The position numbers were made by a program, and so were the translations under genes. The notes beneath the pieces are model-generated. The model searched no databases and was not told where the DNA came from. It saw only the letters and a program-made list of their open reading frames with translations. A stretch of DNA of 64,000 bases from Fibrobacterales bacterium. GTDB lineage: Bacteria; Fibrobacterota; Fibrobacteria; Fibrobacterales; JAOPTW01. Below, piece after piece: positions 1 through 10,180 of this stretch; the first letter of the stretch is position 1, and the number at the start of each line of letters is the position of its first letter. The stretch is from positions 21,128-85,127 of the forward strand of contig JAOPTW010000001.1 in NCBI GenBank assembly GCA_051532035.1, read 5' to 3'.

Positions 1-50
1 AAATAGCCGCTCTTTTGTTTTAGATCTATCATTCGTTACTAGTATAGTAG

Positions 51-578
51 TCAGATAGCTTTTAAATCATTACGTAATGATTTGCGAACTTCGAGAAAAT
101 AGTTGAGGTAGGCCTCAGATCGATAATCAAAGTACGTCCAATCAAAGTGATGCCACTCTCCATTTTGAAAATAGAGGGTTGGCTCAATAAATATACCATC
201 ACGAATGTAGACTCTATGACGTTGGTCTTTTGTTGTTGGTAAAAAATATTGTCCGAGAGTCATGTAGCCTGGGTCGAGATTTACATGTCGGATCGAATGG
301 TTAAAGAGAGAAAGCTCGAGTTCATTAGTAAATCTTTTAATATCCACGATACTTTCTCGATTGATCAACTTTGAAAATGAAATAAAAGCTCTTACAGGGC
401 TATCTCCGATCTCTTCTTCGTAGTAGTTTGTCCAGCTAAAGGGAAATGCCTCAAGAGATACATCTAAAGCACCATATTGTGTTGTCAATTGTGGAAGAGC
501 TTCTTTAATATGCGCTTCACTTCTCGCAAGTATTCCAATAATCAATTTTACAGGTTGTGGCGTTCTGTATTCACCCAT
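51..578 (-). CDS. DUF4416 family protein
   Basis: 175 aa with TNYYEEEIG, VNLDPGY, TKDQRHRVYI and WTYFDYR motifs typical of DUF4416. Confidence 0.85.
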   Translation of the reverse strand: MGEYRTPQPVKLIIGILARSEAHIKEALPQLTTQYGALDVSLEAFPFSWTNYYEEEIGDSPVRAFISFSKLINRESIVDIKRFTNELELSLFNHSIRHVNLDPGYMTLGQYFLPTTKDQRHRVYIRDGIFIEPTLYFQNGEWHHFDWTYFDYRSEAYLNYFLEVRKSLRNDLKAI

Positions 579-655
579 GATTGATCCGATTCGTTTGATG
601 GTTTGTAATAGTTGGTAACTTTTCTATAATGGTAGTATCAAAATTATGAGGTACC

Positions 656-1417
656 ATGGCTGTTGCATTATCAAATTTAGAAAAATATTTAAATGAATTG
701 CTCACCCCTGAACGGTTTAAAGATTATTGCCCTAATGGGTTGATCGTTGAAGGTGGGTCAGAGGTATCTCGTGGTATTACAGGGGTTTCTTTGACCATTG
801 AATTGATAGAAGAAGCAATAGCACGCAAGGCAGATTTTGTTTTTGTACATCATCCACATGGCTTTTGGGATAAACAGCTTCGGACAATTAAAGGGGTTAT
901 TAAAAACAAGCTCTCCTTACTTCTTGAACATAATATATCACTCTTTGGGTATCACCTTCCTCTAGATGGTCATCCAGAGGTTGGAAATAATGCCCAAATT
1001 GCGAAAGCTCTCGGCCTTGAGATCTATAGTACCTTTATGAAGGATTATGGGACGGATATAGGAGTTTTAGCTAAACTCCCTAAAAATTTGACTATGGATG
1101 AGTTTCAAGAGTTAGTCTCAGAAACTATAGGTTCGGTTAAGGCGGTTTTTCCTTATGGTCCTGAGACCGTGTCAACGATTGCTATCTGTAGCGGCGGGGC
1201 CCCTGATGGTGTTAAAGAGGCTATAGGGGTTGCTGACCTCTATTTGACTGGGGAAGCTCGAGAACATACCCAGTCACTCTGTAAAGAAGAAGGGGCTAAT
1301 TTTATTGCTGCAGGGCATCATGCAACCGAGGTATATGGGCCTCAAGCTATTGCAGGCATTCTTAAAAAAGAATTAGGACTTGATGTTGATTTCATGAATA
1401 TTCCTAATCCTATTTAA
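656..1417 (+). CDS. Nif3-like dinuclear metal centre hexameric protein (YbgI/NIF3 family)
   Basis: DYCPNGL, VHH, YHLPLDGHPEVGNN and AAGHHATE motifs. Confidence 0.92.
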   Translation: MAVALSNLEKYLNELLTPERFKDYCPNGLIVEGGSEVSRGITGVSLTIELIEEAIARKADFVFVHHPHGFWDKQLRTIKGVIKNKLSLLLEHNISLFGYHLPLDGHPEVGNNAQIAKALGLEIYSTFMKDYGTDIGVLAKLPKNLTMDEFQELVSETIGSVKAVFPYGPETVSTIAICSGGAPDGVKEAIGVADLYLTGEAREHTQSLCKEEGANFIAAGHHATEVYGPQAIAGILKKELGLDVDFMNIPNPI

Positions 1418-1628
1418 CTTACTTATCTATTATAATTTATGATTAGTCCCTTTTGGCTCAATACATTTAAAAACTGTTACCAGTTAAGGTATTGAGTACA
1501 CAAAGTATGTGCATTCAAGCCATTATTTGGCTGTTTCCTCTATAAAAAAAACTGAATGTTTCTTACATTTTATAGTCCCAAAATCTTGTCCACATTGCTG
1601 GAAATAAGCAAATATCACGGAGTTTTTA

Positions 1629-4600
1629 ATGAATTACCGCCCTTCCCAAAAGAAGCTTTTTTCAATGAAATATATCTTATCACTATCTATTGTTTTTCTT
1701 GTATGTACATTCCAGGTTAGTGGTCAAACGACAACTCCAGTAGAGCAGAAGCCAGCGTTAGCTCCCGCTTCCAGTACAGAAGAAATAAAAGCAGCTACAC
1801 CACAAACTCAACCCGTTCCTGTGATTGAACCAGCAGTTGTTTTGCCTGAATTTTTTGAGATTCCAAGTCAAGTTACTCAAGAGGGGAACGAATTTAAGAA
1901 TGTTGACCTTACTTCTTTCTTTGTGAATGATAAAAAGGATGTGAAAAAATATCGCATAACAGCTACAGGAGCCAAAAATTTAAGAGTAGTTGTAAATAGC
2001 AGCAAAGTAGTTAAAGCTAAACCCATGAACAAAGAATGGAACGGAACAGAAAGTATTGTCTTTAAAGCAACTGATGCTAAAGGAAATATTGGGGAAACAA
2101 CTGTTGATTTTATTGTGGAATCGGTAAATGATGCTCCAACAATGAGAAAAATTCGTGGTCAAAAAATTCGCGAAGGCGGAAATTTTACTGCACTTGATCT
2201 GGCGGCGAGTGTAAAAGATGTTGATCACAAAATATCTGAAATGGAGTGGAGCTCTGTTGTAAGTTATAGTGGAGATAAACGAGAAGGTGAATTACTTGTT
2301 TCTGTTGATACACAAGGTAGGGCATTGATTGAAATTCCAGACACTAATTGGTATGGTACTGCTCAAATAGAGTTTACAGTGACTGACCCTGAAGGTGCTC
2401 AAGTGAAAGGCGCAGCTGAATTTGTGGTTAAATCAGTCAATGATAAACCAATCGCGGCTCAGATACCCGGTCAAAAAATTCAAGAGGGTGAGGTGTTTTC
2501 TGAAGTTGTACTTCAAGATTATATTACCGATGCAGATCATACATTTGAAAAACTAATTTTTACGGTCAAAGGCGCAAAGAAGCTGAGTGCTTCTATAAAA
2601 AATGGTATTTTAACTGTAACGACTCCTCACGAAGATTTTAACGGTCCACCCGAGCTGTTGACCATTCAGATTGAAGACCCAGAGAAGGGTAAAGTCATAA
2701 CAAGAATTGCCTTTGAAGTGACTTCAGTAAATGACGCTCCAGAATTTAAGGACCTTCCTGCCTTTACTTTGGATGAAGGCAAAAAATTACCTGTTGTTGA
2801 TTTAGCAGAGTATGTGAAGGATTTAGATCACAAAGTTAAGCAATTAAAATGGAGCGTTACGGGTAATAAGGCCATTCGTATCCAAGTGCGTGGTAGTAAG
2901 CTCACTTTTGAAGCTCCAAATGAAAATTGGAATGGTGAAGAATATATTATATTAAAGGCTATTGATCCTGAAGGGGCCTATGCAGAAGCGTCAGTTGCGA
3001 TTACTGTTAACTCGATTAATGACCTTCCTCAAATAAAGAAAATTAAAAGTCAAAAGATAAAAGAGGGACAAAAATTTACAGCTATTAAACTCGATGACTT
3101 CATAACTGATGAAGACCATACAAAAGATCAGATTTCGTGGTCCTATGAAATAGTGCGTGAAGGAAAAACATTTCAGGATCTCGATCTTGATGTAATTGTC
3201 GACGCAAAAAGAGTGGCAACTATTATCGTGCCTGATACTAACTTTTATGGTGCTGCAAAGGTAGTGTTTACTGCCGAGGATTATGATGGAGCCAAAGTAA
3301 CGACAACGGCATCTTTTTCGGTTGCGTCTGTAAATGATATTCCAGTAATTAAGAGCATACCAGATCAACGCATTGATGAAGGGTATGAATTTTTAGAAGT
3401 ACTTCTAGATGACTATATATTTGATTCAGATCATGAAGTTGAAAATATGAAGTGGTCAGTAAAAGGCGCTAAAGCACTAAAAGCTACTGTAGACCAAGGC
3501 ACCAGAACAGCATACATAAAAGTGCCTAATGAAGAATTTTATTGTAAACCTGAAAAATTAACATTTACCGCAGTCGATCCAGAAGGTGCAAAGGTCTATA
3601 CAACTGCAACATTCGAAGTGCGTTCTATTAATGATGAACCTGAGCTAGCAGAGGTTCCAGGACAGGATATACGAGAAGGGAGTAGTTTTAAAAAAATAGA
3701 CCTTAAAAAATATCTTACTGATATTGATAATTCATTTCGTGATTTTAAGTGGAGCTTAATAGGGTTTAAGCAGCTGAAAGCGTCAATGGCTGGTTCGAAT
3801 TTGGTGGTGACTATCCCCAATAAAAACTGGAATGGTGAAGAGTACCTTACAATACGTGCTACTGATCCTTCTGGAGCATTTCGTGAGACACAAGTTGGAT
3901 TTGTTGTGCAATCTATTAATGATGAACCCGTTATAAAGAAATTTAGAAATCAAAAAATCCGAGAAGGTGCTCTATTTCCTTCAGTAAACCTTAATACACA
4001 AGCCACCGATGAAGACCACCTGGCTAAGGACCTTTATTGGACTGTTGAAGCTAAATCGCTTACATCGTCCAATGGTGCTGAAATGATTGTCTCGGTGAGT
4101 CCTGAAAGAATAGCGAGTTTTGAACTCCCTGATACTAACTGGTATGGTACGACAGAGGTTACCTACATAGTAGAGGACCCTGAAGGTGCCTCAAAGAAAG
4201 AGACTGTTGTGTATGAAGTGACATCAGTCAATGATAAGCCAGTAATTGCCCGCCTCACAGGGCAAACAGTTAATGAAGGTGGCATGTTTACTATCATTAA
4301 ACTTTCTGAACTTGCCAGTGACACTGATCATCTTCAATCACAACTGAAGTGGACTGTTAAGGGAGGGCGTAAGCTTAAAATGAGCATCTCTAATAATAGT
4401 GCTGTTGTTTCTATTCCAAGTAAAGAGTGGAGTGGCCCTACTGAAAAATTTACTCTAACTGTCACAGATCCTGAAAAGGGGAGAGCATCAGTAGTACTTG
4501 ATTATACTGTTAAAGAGATAAATGACCCACCAGTTCTAAAAGTGATACAATCGCAAACAGTTAAAGAAGGAGAATTATTTTCTGCCTTTAACCTTAAAAC

Positions 4601-7600
4601 ACTCATGAGTGATATCGACAATAGGTTTAATGAGCTAAAAGTGGCAATACGTGGAGCTCGTGATTTGAAGGTTACCAACAGCGGTGGTAAAGTTAAGGTT
4701 GTTGCCCCGAATAAACATTGGCATGGCTCTGAAGAGTTACAGTTTACGGTTACCGATCCAGCAGGTGCTTCAGTAACTCAAAAAGCACTTTTTACGATTA
4801 CGTCGGTAAACGACTTACCTCTTTTCAAAAAAATTAAGCCACAGACTATTAAAGAAGGCAAAAACTTTAGAAGTATTGACCTCACAAAATTTATAAGCGA
4901 TAGCGATCACTCATTTGATGAGCTCAAATGGAAATGGGAGTTTATTCCAAAAAGAAGTACCGGACAAAAGAATGATCCCACTGTTGAAGTTTCCTCAGGG
5001 AAACAATTTATCATTATAACCCCTGATGAAAACTGGTATGGCAAAAGAGCACTCAAGCTTACAGCAACAGATCCCGATGGTGGCATTGCAACACAAATTG
5101 TTGATTATGCAGTAACATTTGTAAATGACCTTCCTCAAATGACATCTATTGCTCCCGAGGCGGTTAAAGAAGGAGAACAATTTAAAACATATGATCTCAA
5201 TGCTTTGATAACGGATGCAGATCACAGTGATAGTCAAATTACGTGGAGCTTTACCGGAAACAAAGAGCTTAAGGTGTTGGTGAATAAGAAAAATATTGCT
5301 CGCATTAAAATCCCTAACAAGCATTGGAATGGTAAAGAATCTATAACATTTACTGCCGTAGACCCAGCAAAAGGCAAAGCAAAGCAACGGATCACTTTTG
5401 ATGTTCTGTCTATAAATGATACTCCGACAATTAAGAAGATAGGGGGGCAGACAATTACAGAGGGTGGATCTTTCAAAGAAGTTTCACTGGTAGACTATGT
5501 CAATGATGTTGATCATAAAAGCAGTCAATTAAAATGGAGCATGACAGGGAACAGAGAGCTTAAAGTTAGGATTGCTGGTAATAAGCTTAAAGTTTCTCCT
5601 CCGAACAAGGAGTGGAATGGCTCAGAAATTATTACACTGACAGTAAAAGACCCTGAAGGGGCTCAAGCAACTATTGCAGTACCTTATACTGTTTCATCTA
5701 TCAATGATAAGCCGGTGGTTAAAGCGATACGTGGTCAAAAAATTAAAGAGGGTGCTTCGTTTAAAACGCTATCACTTGATGAATACGTAATGGATGCAGA
5801 TCATAGTGACGCACAAATGGTTTGGAGTACACAAGTGATTTCGAAAGCCAAAAAGCATGGTATACAGGTGACCGTTGACCGGAATAGAGTTGCATCAATT
5901 GTGTTACCCAATAAAGACTGGTATGGTGACTTCTCTATAAAATTTAGTGCAGTTGACCCAGAGAAAGCTTCTGCAGCAGTTACTGCTTCCTACTCTGTGA
6001 CCTCGATAAATGATAAGCCTGTTATTTCACGTATTATTGGTCAAACAATTCAAGAAGGAGGCAAATTTACACTAGTTGAGTACAATCAATTTGTTTCTGA
6101 TGCTGACCATTCGGTAAAATCATTGGCGTGGGAAATAAAAGGGAATAAAAAGCTTAAGGTCATTCACAATACGAAAAAGAGTCGTTTTCTCGTGCAAACC
6201 CCAACTAGTAACTGGTATGGTAAAGAGGTATTAAGCATATCTGTTAAAGATAGAGAAGGGGGAAGCTCAACAGTTAAAGTGCCTTTTGAAGTAAGCCCTG
6301 TGAATGATGCCCCTGTATTCAAGAAGATCTCTTCTCAATCTATTAAAGAAGGAGGAACGTTTTCTAAAATTGATCTTAATGCAATTGTAAATGATGTTGA
6401 CCATAAGGATAGTGAACTAAAGTGGAATATTACGGGTAACCGTGATTTAACATTAAAGTCTCTTGGAGCAAAATTACTCGTTCAAACTCCCAATAAGGAT
6501 TGGTATGGTAAAGAGACAATTACGTTTACAGTAACAGATCCTGAGGGTGCAGAAGTATCTCGTAAGGCTACATTTACTATTCAGTCAGTAAATGATATTC
6601 CTAAACTGAAGAAGTTTAAAAACAAAAAAATTAGAGAAGGCGAACAGTTTATCTCTATCGAACTTGATAAGTATGTTACTGATGGGGACCATAGTAAAGA
6701 CAAACTACTTTGGAGTTACTCTGTTACAAAAGTAGAGAAAGGTAAAAAGAAGAAAAAGCGTAAAAAGAAAGGTAAGAGAGATACGAGTAACGATTTGCAA
6801 GTAGCTATAGATGCAGATAGAGTTGCAACTATCAAAGCGCCTCATGAACATTGGTATGGTGAATATAAGGTTACCTTTGCTGTTCGTGATCCAGAGAAAG
6901 CTCGGGCTGCAATGAGTGCTATTTATACTGTTACCTCTGTTAATGACTTACCGGTTCTGACAGAAATTTCTGATCAAACAATTGCAGAAGGTGGGTCATA
7001 TAAGTCCATTAAGCTCAATGCTTTTGTCTCAGACGCTGATCACTCTAAGAAATCATTACAGTGGTCCATAAAAGGAAACAAAAAACTTAAAGTCGTTCAC
7101 AATAAGAAAAAGAACTCCCTTTATGTGAAAACACCAAATAAAAACTGGTATGGGTCAGAGACAATTCAGATTCAAGTTGTGGATAAGGATGGCGGGAAAG
7201 CAAAAACGTCTGTAGTGTTTTCTGCAACACCTGTTAATGATAAACCAATTGTTTCAAAAATTAAGTCTCAAAAAATTAAAGAGGGACAGTCATTTAAAAA
7301 GGTTGACCTTAATGCTTTGGTGAAGGATGTTGACCATAAAGACCATGAATTAAAATGGAATGTGTCTGGCAATAAAGAGTTACAACTTAAGTCATCTGGT
7401 TCAAAACTTCAGGTAGTAGCGCCTGATAAGAACTGGTCGGGAAAAGAAAAATTAACCTTTACGGTAACAGACCCAGAAGGTGCCTCGGTGAGCAAAACCG
7501 CTGTTTTCTCAGTAGTAGCTGTTAACGACCCACCAGTTGCTGCCCGCTTGAAAGGTCAAAGAATCAAAGAAGGTGAACAGTTCAAAAAAATAGACCTTCA

Positions 7601-8729
7601 AAAATATGTATCTGACCCTGACGACAGCTTTTACTCCTTAAAGTTCTCAACAACACGCTCTAAAAAACAGAAGAATAATGAACTTACCATATCTATCAAT
7701 AAACAAGGACTTGCAACCATTGAAGTTCCAGATGAGCATTGGTTTGGTAAAGAACGCCATACTATTGTGATACAGGATCCTAAAAAGGCAAAGGCAACAA
7801 TTAACCTTGATTTTGAAGTAAAATCAGTAAATGATGCCCCTGAAGTATTTGGTATCCAAGACCAAGTAATAAACGAAGGTTCTGTATTTAAACCTATTGT
7901 ACTTTCAAATCATGTTGAAGATATTGATCATGAGAAATCAGCTATCAAATGGAGTATAACTGGGAATAGAAAATTAAAGGTTTCTGTAAAGAAAGGAAAA
8001 GTCTATATCGCTCCGCCATCGAAAACATGGTATGGGCCTTTAGAGGAAATCACTTTTACTGCTCGTGACCCTAAAGGGGCAAAAAGTTCTAAGAAAATTA
8101 TTTTTACAGTAAATAGAATAAACCAACCTCCAGTAATATCGAAAATTAAATCCCAGAGGATTAAAGAAGGTGGGACGTTTAAATCGGTACATCTTGATAA
8201 GTTTGTAAAAGATCGCGATGATAAAGACAATCGACTTTTTTGGTTTCTTGAAGGTAGCAGTCAACTCGTAGCAACGATTGATTATAACCGGGTGTTAACG
8301 GTGAAGATTCCTCATGAAGATTGGAATGGCAAAGAGACCCTTAAATTGACGTGTCAAGACTCCGAGGGGGCAAAATCATCAGTGAAGGTTGCATATGTGG
8401 TAAAATCAGTAAATGATGCACCGCGCGCATTGAGTGATGCCTATAGTACTGATGAAGGCAAACGATTACGAGTTAAGAAGAAGAATGGGGTATTGGTAAA
8501 TGATACAGACCCTGATGGCCCAAAACCACGCATCGCTAAGTTAGTTAAGAAGCCCAAAAATGGTAAGATCAGCTTCAAGAAAAATGGATCATTTACCTAT
8601 AGACCTAAAAAAGGTTTTAGCGGTGATGACACCTTTCAGTATAAAGCGAAGGATAAGAAGGGGAAATGGTCAAAACCTGTTGATGTAGACATAACAGTAT
8701 TCTTTAAGTTACAGGATATTCGGAAGTAG
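1629..8729 (+). CDS. Giant secreted tandem Ig/cadherin-like (tandem-95-type) repeat protein, probable adhesin or surface protein
   Basis: Signal peptide and Pro/Thr linker, then 22 repeats of ~95-105 aa (VNDxP..Q.I.EG..F...D.DH...W...W.G...DPEG) and a terminal Big_9-like domain (NDTDPDG..GSFTYRP.GF.G.D.F.Y). GGAG RBS upstream of 1629. Confidence 0.85.
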   Translation: MNYRPSQKKLFSMKYILSLSIVFLVCTFQVSGQTTTPVEQKPALAPASSTEEIKAATPQTQPVPVIEPAVVLPEFFEIPSQVTQEGNEFKNVDLTSFFVNDKKDVKKYRITATGAKNLRVVVNSSKVVKAKPMNKEWNGTESIVFKATDAKGNIGETTVDFIVESVNDAPTMRKIRGQKIREGGNFTALDLAASVKDVDHKISEMEWSSVVSYSGDKREGELLVSVDTQGRALIEIPDTNWYGTAQIEFTVTDPEGAQVKGAAEFVVKSVNDKPIAAQIPGQKIQEGEVFSEVVLQDYITDADHTFEKLIFTVKGAKKLSASIKNGILTVTTPHEDFNGPPELLTIQIEDPEKGKVITRIAFEVTSVNDAPEFKDLPAFTLDEGKKLPVVDLAEYVKDLDHKVKQLKWSVTGNKAIRIQVRGSKLTFEAPNENWNGEEYIILKAIDPEGAYAEASVAITVNSINDLPQIKKIKSQKIKEGQKFTAIKLDDFITDEDHTKDQISWSYEIVREGKTFQDLDLDVIVDAKRVATIIVPDTNFYGAAKVVFTAEDYDGAKVTTTASFSVASVNDIPVIKSIPDQRIDEGYEFLEVLLDDYIFDSDHEVENMKWSVKGAKALKATVDQGTRTAYIKVPNEEFYCKPEKLTFTAVDPEGAKVYTTATFEVRSINDEPELAEVPGQDIREGSSFKKIDLKKYLTDIDNSFRDFKWSLIGFKQLKASMAGSNLVVTIPNKNWNGEEYLTIRATDPSGAFRETQVGFVVQSINDEPVIKKFRNQKIREGALFPSVNLNTQATDEDHLAKDLYWTVEAKSLTSSNGAEMIVSVSPERIASFELPDTNWYGTTEVTYIVEDPEGASKKETVVYEVTSVNDKPVIARLTGQTVNEGGMFTIIKLSELASDTDHLQSQLKWTVKGGRKLKMSISNNSAVVSIPSKEWSGPTEKFTLTVTDPEKGRASVVLDYTVKEINDPPVLKVIQSQTVKEGELFSAFNLKTLMSDIDNRFNELKVAIRGARDLKVTNSGGKVKVVAPNKHWHGSEELQFTVTDPAGASVTQKALFTITSVNDLPLFKKIKPQTIKEGKNFRSIDLTKFISDSDHSFDELKWKWEFIPKRSTGQKNDPTVEVSSGKQFIIITPDENWYGKRALKLTATDPDGGIATQIVDYAVTFVNDLPQMTSIAPEAVKEGEQFKTYDLNALITDADHSDSQITWSFTGNKELKVLVNKKNIARIKIPNKHWNGKESITFTAVDPAKGKAKQRITFDVLSINDTPTIKKIGGQTITEGGSFKEVSLVDYVNDVDHKSSQLKWSMTGNRELKVRIAGNKLKVSPPNKEWNGSEIITLTVKDPEGAQATIAVPYTVSSINDKPVVKAIRGQKIKEGASFKTLSLDEYVMDADHSDAQMVWSTQVISKAKKHGIQVTVDRNRVASIVLPNKDWYGDFSIKFSAVDPEKASAAVTASYSVTSINDKPVISRIIGQTIQEGGKFTLVEYNQFVSDADHSVKSLAWEIKGNKKLKVIHNTKKSRFLVQTPTSNWYGKEVLSISVKDREGGSSTVKVPFEVSPVNDAPVFKKISSQSIKEGGTFSKIDLNAIVNDVDHKDSELKWNITGNRDLTLKSLGAKLLVQTPNKDWYGKETITFTVTDPEGAEVSRKATFTIQSVNDIPKLKKFKNKKIREGEQFISIELDKYVTDGDHSKDKLLWSYSVTKVEKGKKKKKRKKKGKRDTSNDLQVAIDADRVATIKAPHEHWYGEYKVTFAVRDPEKARAAMSAIYTVTSVNDLPVLTEISDQTIAEGGSYKSIKLNAFVSDADHSKKSLQWSIKGNKKLKVVHNKKKNSLYVKTPNKNWYGSETIQIQVVDKDGGKAKTSVVFSATPVNDKPIVSKIKSQKIKEGQSFKKVDLNALVKDVDHKDHELKWNVSGNKELQLKSSGSKLQVVAPDKNWSGKEKLTFTVTDPEGASVSKTAVFSVVAVNDPPVAARLKGQRIKEGEQFKKIDLQKYVSDPDDSFYSLKFSTTRSKKQKNNELTISINKQGLATIEVPDEHWFGKERHTIVIQDPKKAKATINLDFEVKSVNDAPEVFGIQDQVINEGSVFKPIVLSNHVEDIDHEKSAIKWSITGNRKLKVSVKKGKVYIAPPSKTWYGPLEEITFTARDPKGAKSSKKIIFTVNRINQPPVISKIKSQRIKEGGTFKSVHLDKFVKDRDDKDNRLFWFLEGSSQLVATIDYNRVLTVKIPHEDWNGKETLKLTCQDSEGAKSSVKVAYVVKSVNDAPRALSDAYSTDEGKRLRVKKKNGVLVNDTDPDGPKPRIAKLVKKPKNGKISFKKNGSFTYRPKKGFSGDDTFQYKAKDKKGKWSKPVDVDITVFFKLQDIRK

Positions 8730-8746
8730 CAGAGAATCAGACAAAT

Positions 8747-8781
8747 AAAAAGGGTGTCTTTAGAGAAGACACCCTTTTTTT
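8747..8781. terminator. Bidirectional rho-independent terminator
   Basis: aaaaagggtgtctt-tagag-aagacacccttttt hairpin with A/T tails between convergent genes. Confidence 0.85.
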
Positions 8782-8843
8782 ATACTCTTATATTTCACCA
8801 GCGGCTAAAGCTATCGGTGATTTATCATCAGTGGATTTGAATA

Positions 8844-10172
8844 TTACTTAACTGCTACTAATGGCATAAATAGGGCAACATCACTATTTCTAACACCATT
8901 CACTGAGTTTACTCTCATATTATGAAGGTCAGTCCACTCTTCTGATGGGAGTAGTTTCTGAGTCGCTTGTGAGCGATTGTTCTGAATTATAATATCTTGA
9001 TCTTTAAGCTTGAGAAGCTGATCTTCAATTGCCCAACCATTTTCACTGTTTTCTATCACTCCTTGTAAGAAACCAAGGGTTGCGGGTTTCCAGCACATGA
9101 TATCTGAGCCCGATATCGAACGGGTAGTACAAGCAAGAAACCCTGCAAACAAAAAGGTACTCTCTGCACCTTCTGAAGCATGAATTTGAGCAAGAACTTC
9201 AAGGAGCGCCGAGTCTTTGGGTTGTACAAAGAGGGGAGTATTGTGCTTATGAGAAAGAACGCTTGCTTTGTCGATAAGCTCAGTAAAACTTGCATCGACC
9301 TCATCAATAATTGTTATTGATGTAAGTGTCTCAGAATAGTCTGTTAAAAGCTCTTCAAGAGCCTCAAAATGGTTTTCTATGGTGAGTTCAGAAATCAGTA
9401 TGATATTCTGTTTATTGCGTGCACGAGTCTTCTTAATAAGTTTATTGAGGGTAGTGCACCACCCAGCAATTTCTAAGAGTTGATCATTCTTAAAGAGTGC
9501 TTGTGTGCTCTGTTCGATAAACGATTCAAGTTGAGTTATGACCTCTTTTGCACTTTCAGTGAGGAGCTTATAGCCTGGCTCTGAACCTGCAACTGAGTCA
9601 ACAAAATTCTGGGCAGGGCTATTGCTTGCAGATGCAGTATTAACTTGGCCAAGTATGGCATTAATGGTGTCATCATGAGATGTTGTTGATTGCGGCGCTA
9701 TGTCGGGTATAGAGGGTTTTACTATATCAAACATTGCATTGATAATATCTTCTTTTGTAGAACCTTGGAGCTGAATTGCAGTGAGGTCGCTGTTAAAAGT
9801 CTCAAAATCTATAGTTCTATTGAGGGCGTCTTTGCATATTGCAAGTGCTGCTCTCGTTTGGTTCAGTAGTGGTATGTCAAGATTTAGTGGTTTTGTTGTT
9901 GCTATCTCTCTTCCGGTAACTACAACAGATCCAAAAAGATCGCCACTATAGAGTGGGGTCTCTACGTTACAAGAAATAGGTATGGTTGCCGAGAGGCACC
10001 CTTCGATTGAACCTAGTGTTTCGTTGTTAACGACAATAGGAGAGAAGGATGAAAAGGAGCGTGGTAATACAATAGCATGGTGCGCTTCTGTAATATCATT
10101 ATTTACTTTCTTAGCGGATGTCGACGGGTTAGTTGAAACACCGGTCGTGACAAAAGTTTCTTCAATTTTCAT
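8844..10172 (-). CDS. Divergent TssB-TssC (VipA/VipB) contractile-sheath fusion-like protein
   Basis: Colinear matches by eye to this window's TssB (N-terminal part) and TssC (C-terminal part), e.g. ATQKLLPSEEWTDLHNMRVNSVNGVRNSDVALF vs PTEILIPETREFEFANQGFIPLSFYKNSDYACF. Confidence 0.6.
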   Translation of the reverse strand: MKIEETFVTTGVSTNPSTSAKKVNNDITEAHHAIVLPRSFSSFSPIVVNNETLGSIEGCLSATIPISCNVETPLYSGDLFGSVVVTGREIATTKPLNLDIPLLNQTRAALAICKDALNRTIDFETFNSDLTAIQLQGSTKEDIINAMFDIVKPSIPDIAPQSTTSHDDTINAILGQVNTASASNSPAQNFVDSVAGSEPGYKLLTESAKEVITQLESFIEQSTQALFKNDQLLEIAGWCTTLNKLIKKTRARNKQNIILISELTIENHFEALEELLTDYSETLTSITIIDEVDASFTELIDKASVLSHKHNTPLFVQPKDSALLEVLAQIHASEGAESTFLFAGFLACTTRSISGSDIMCWKPATLGFLQGVIENSENGWAIEDQLLKLKDQDIIIQNNRSQATQKLLPSEEWTDLHNMRVNSVNGVRNSDVALFMPLVAVK

Positions 10173-10180
10173 AGAAGATC

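Noticed and set aside
1980..8264. Short antisense and alternate-frame ORFs inside the giant repeat gene, and similar ones throughout the T6SS and kinase genes
   Set aside because: They are shadow ORFs fully overlapping well-supported genes, with no motifs or RBS.
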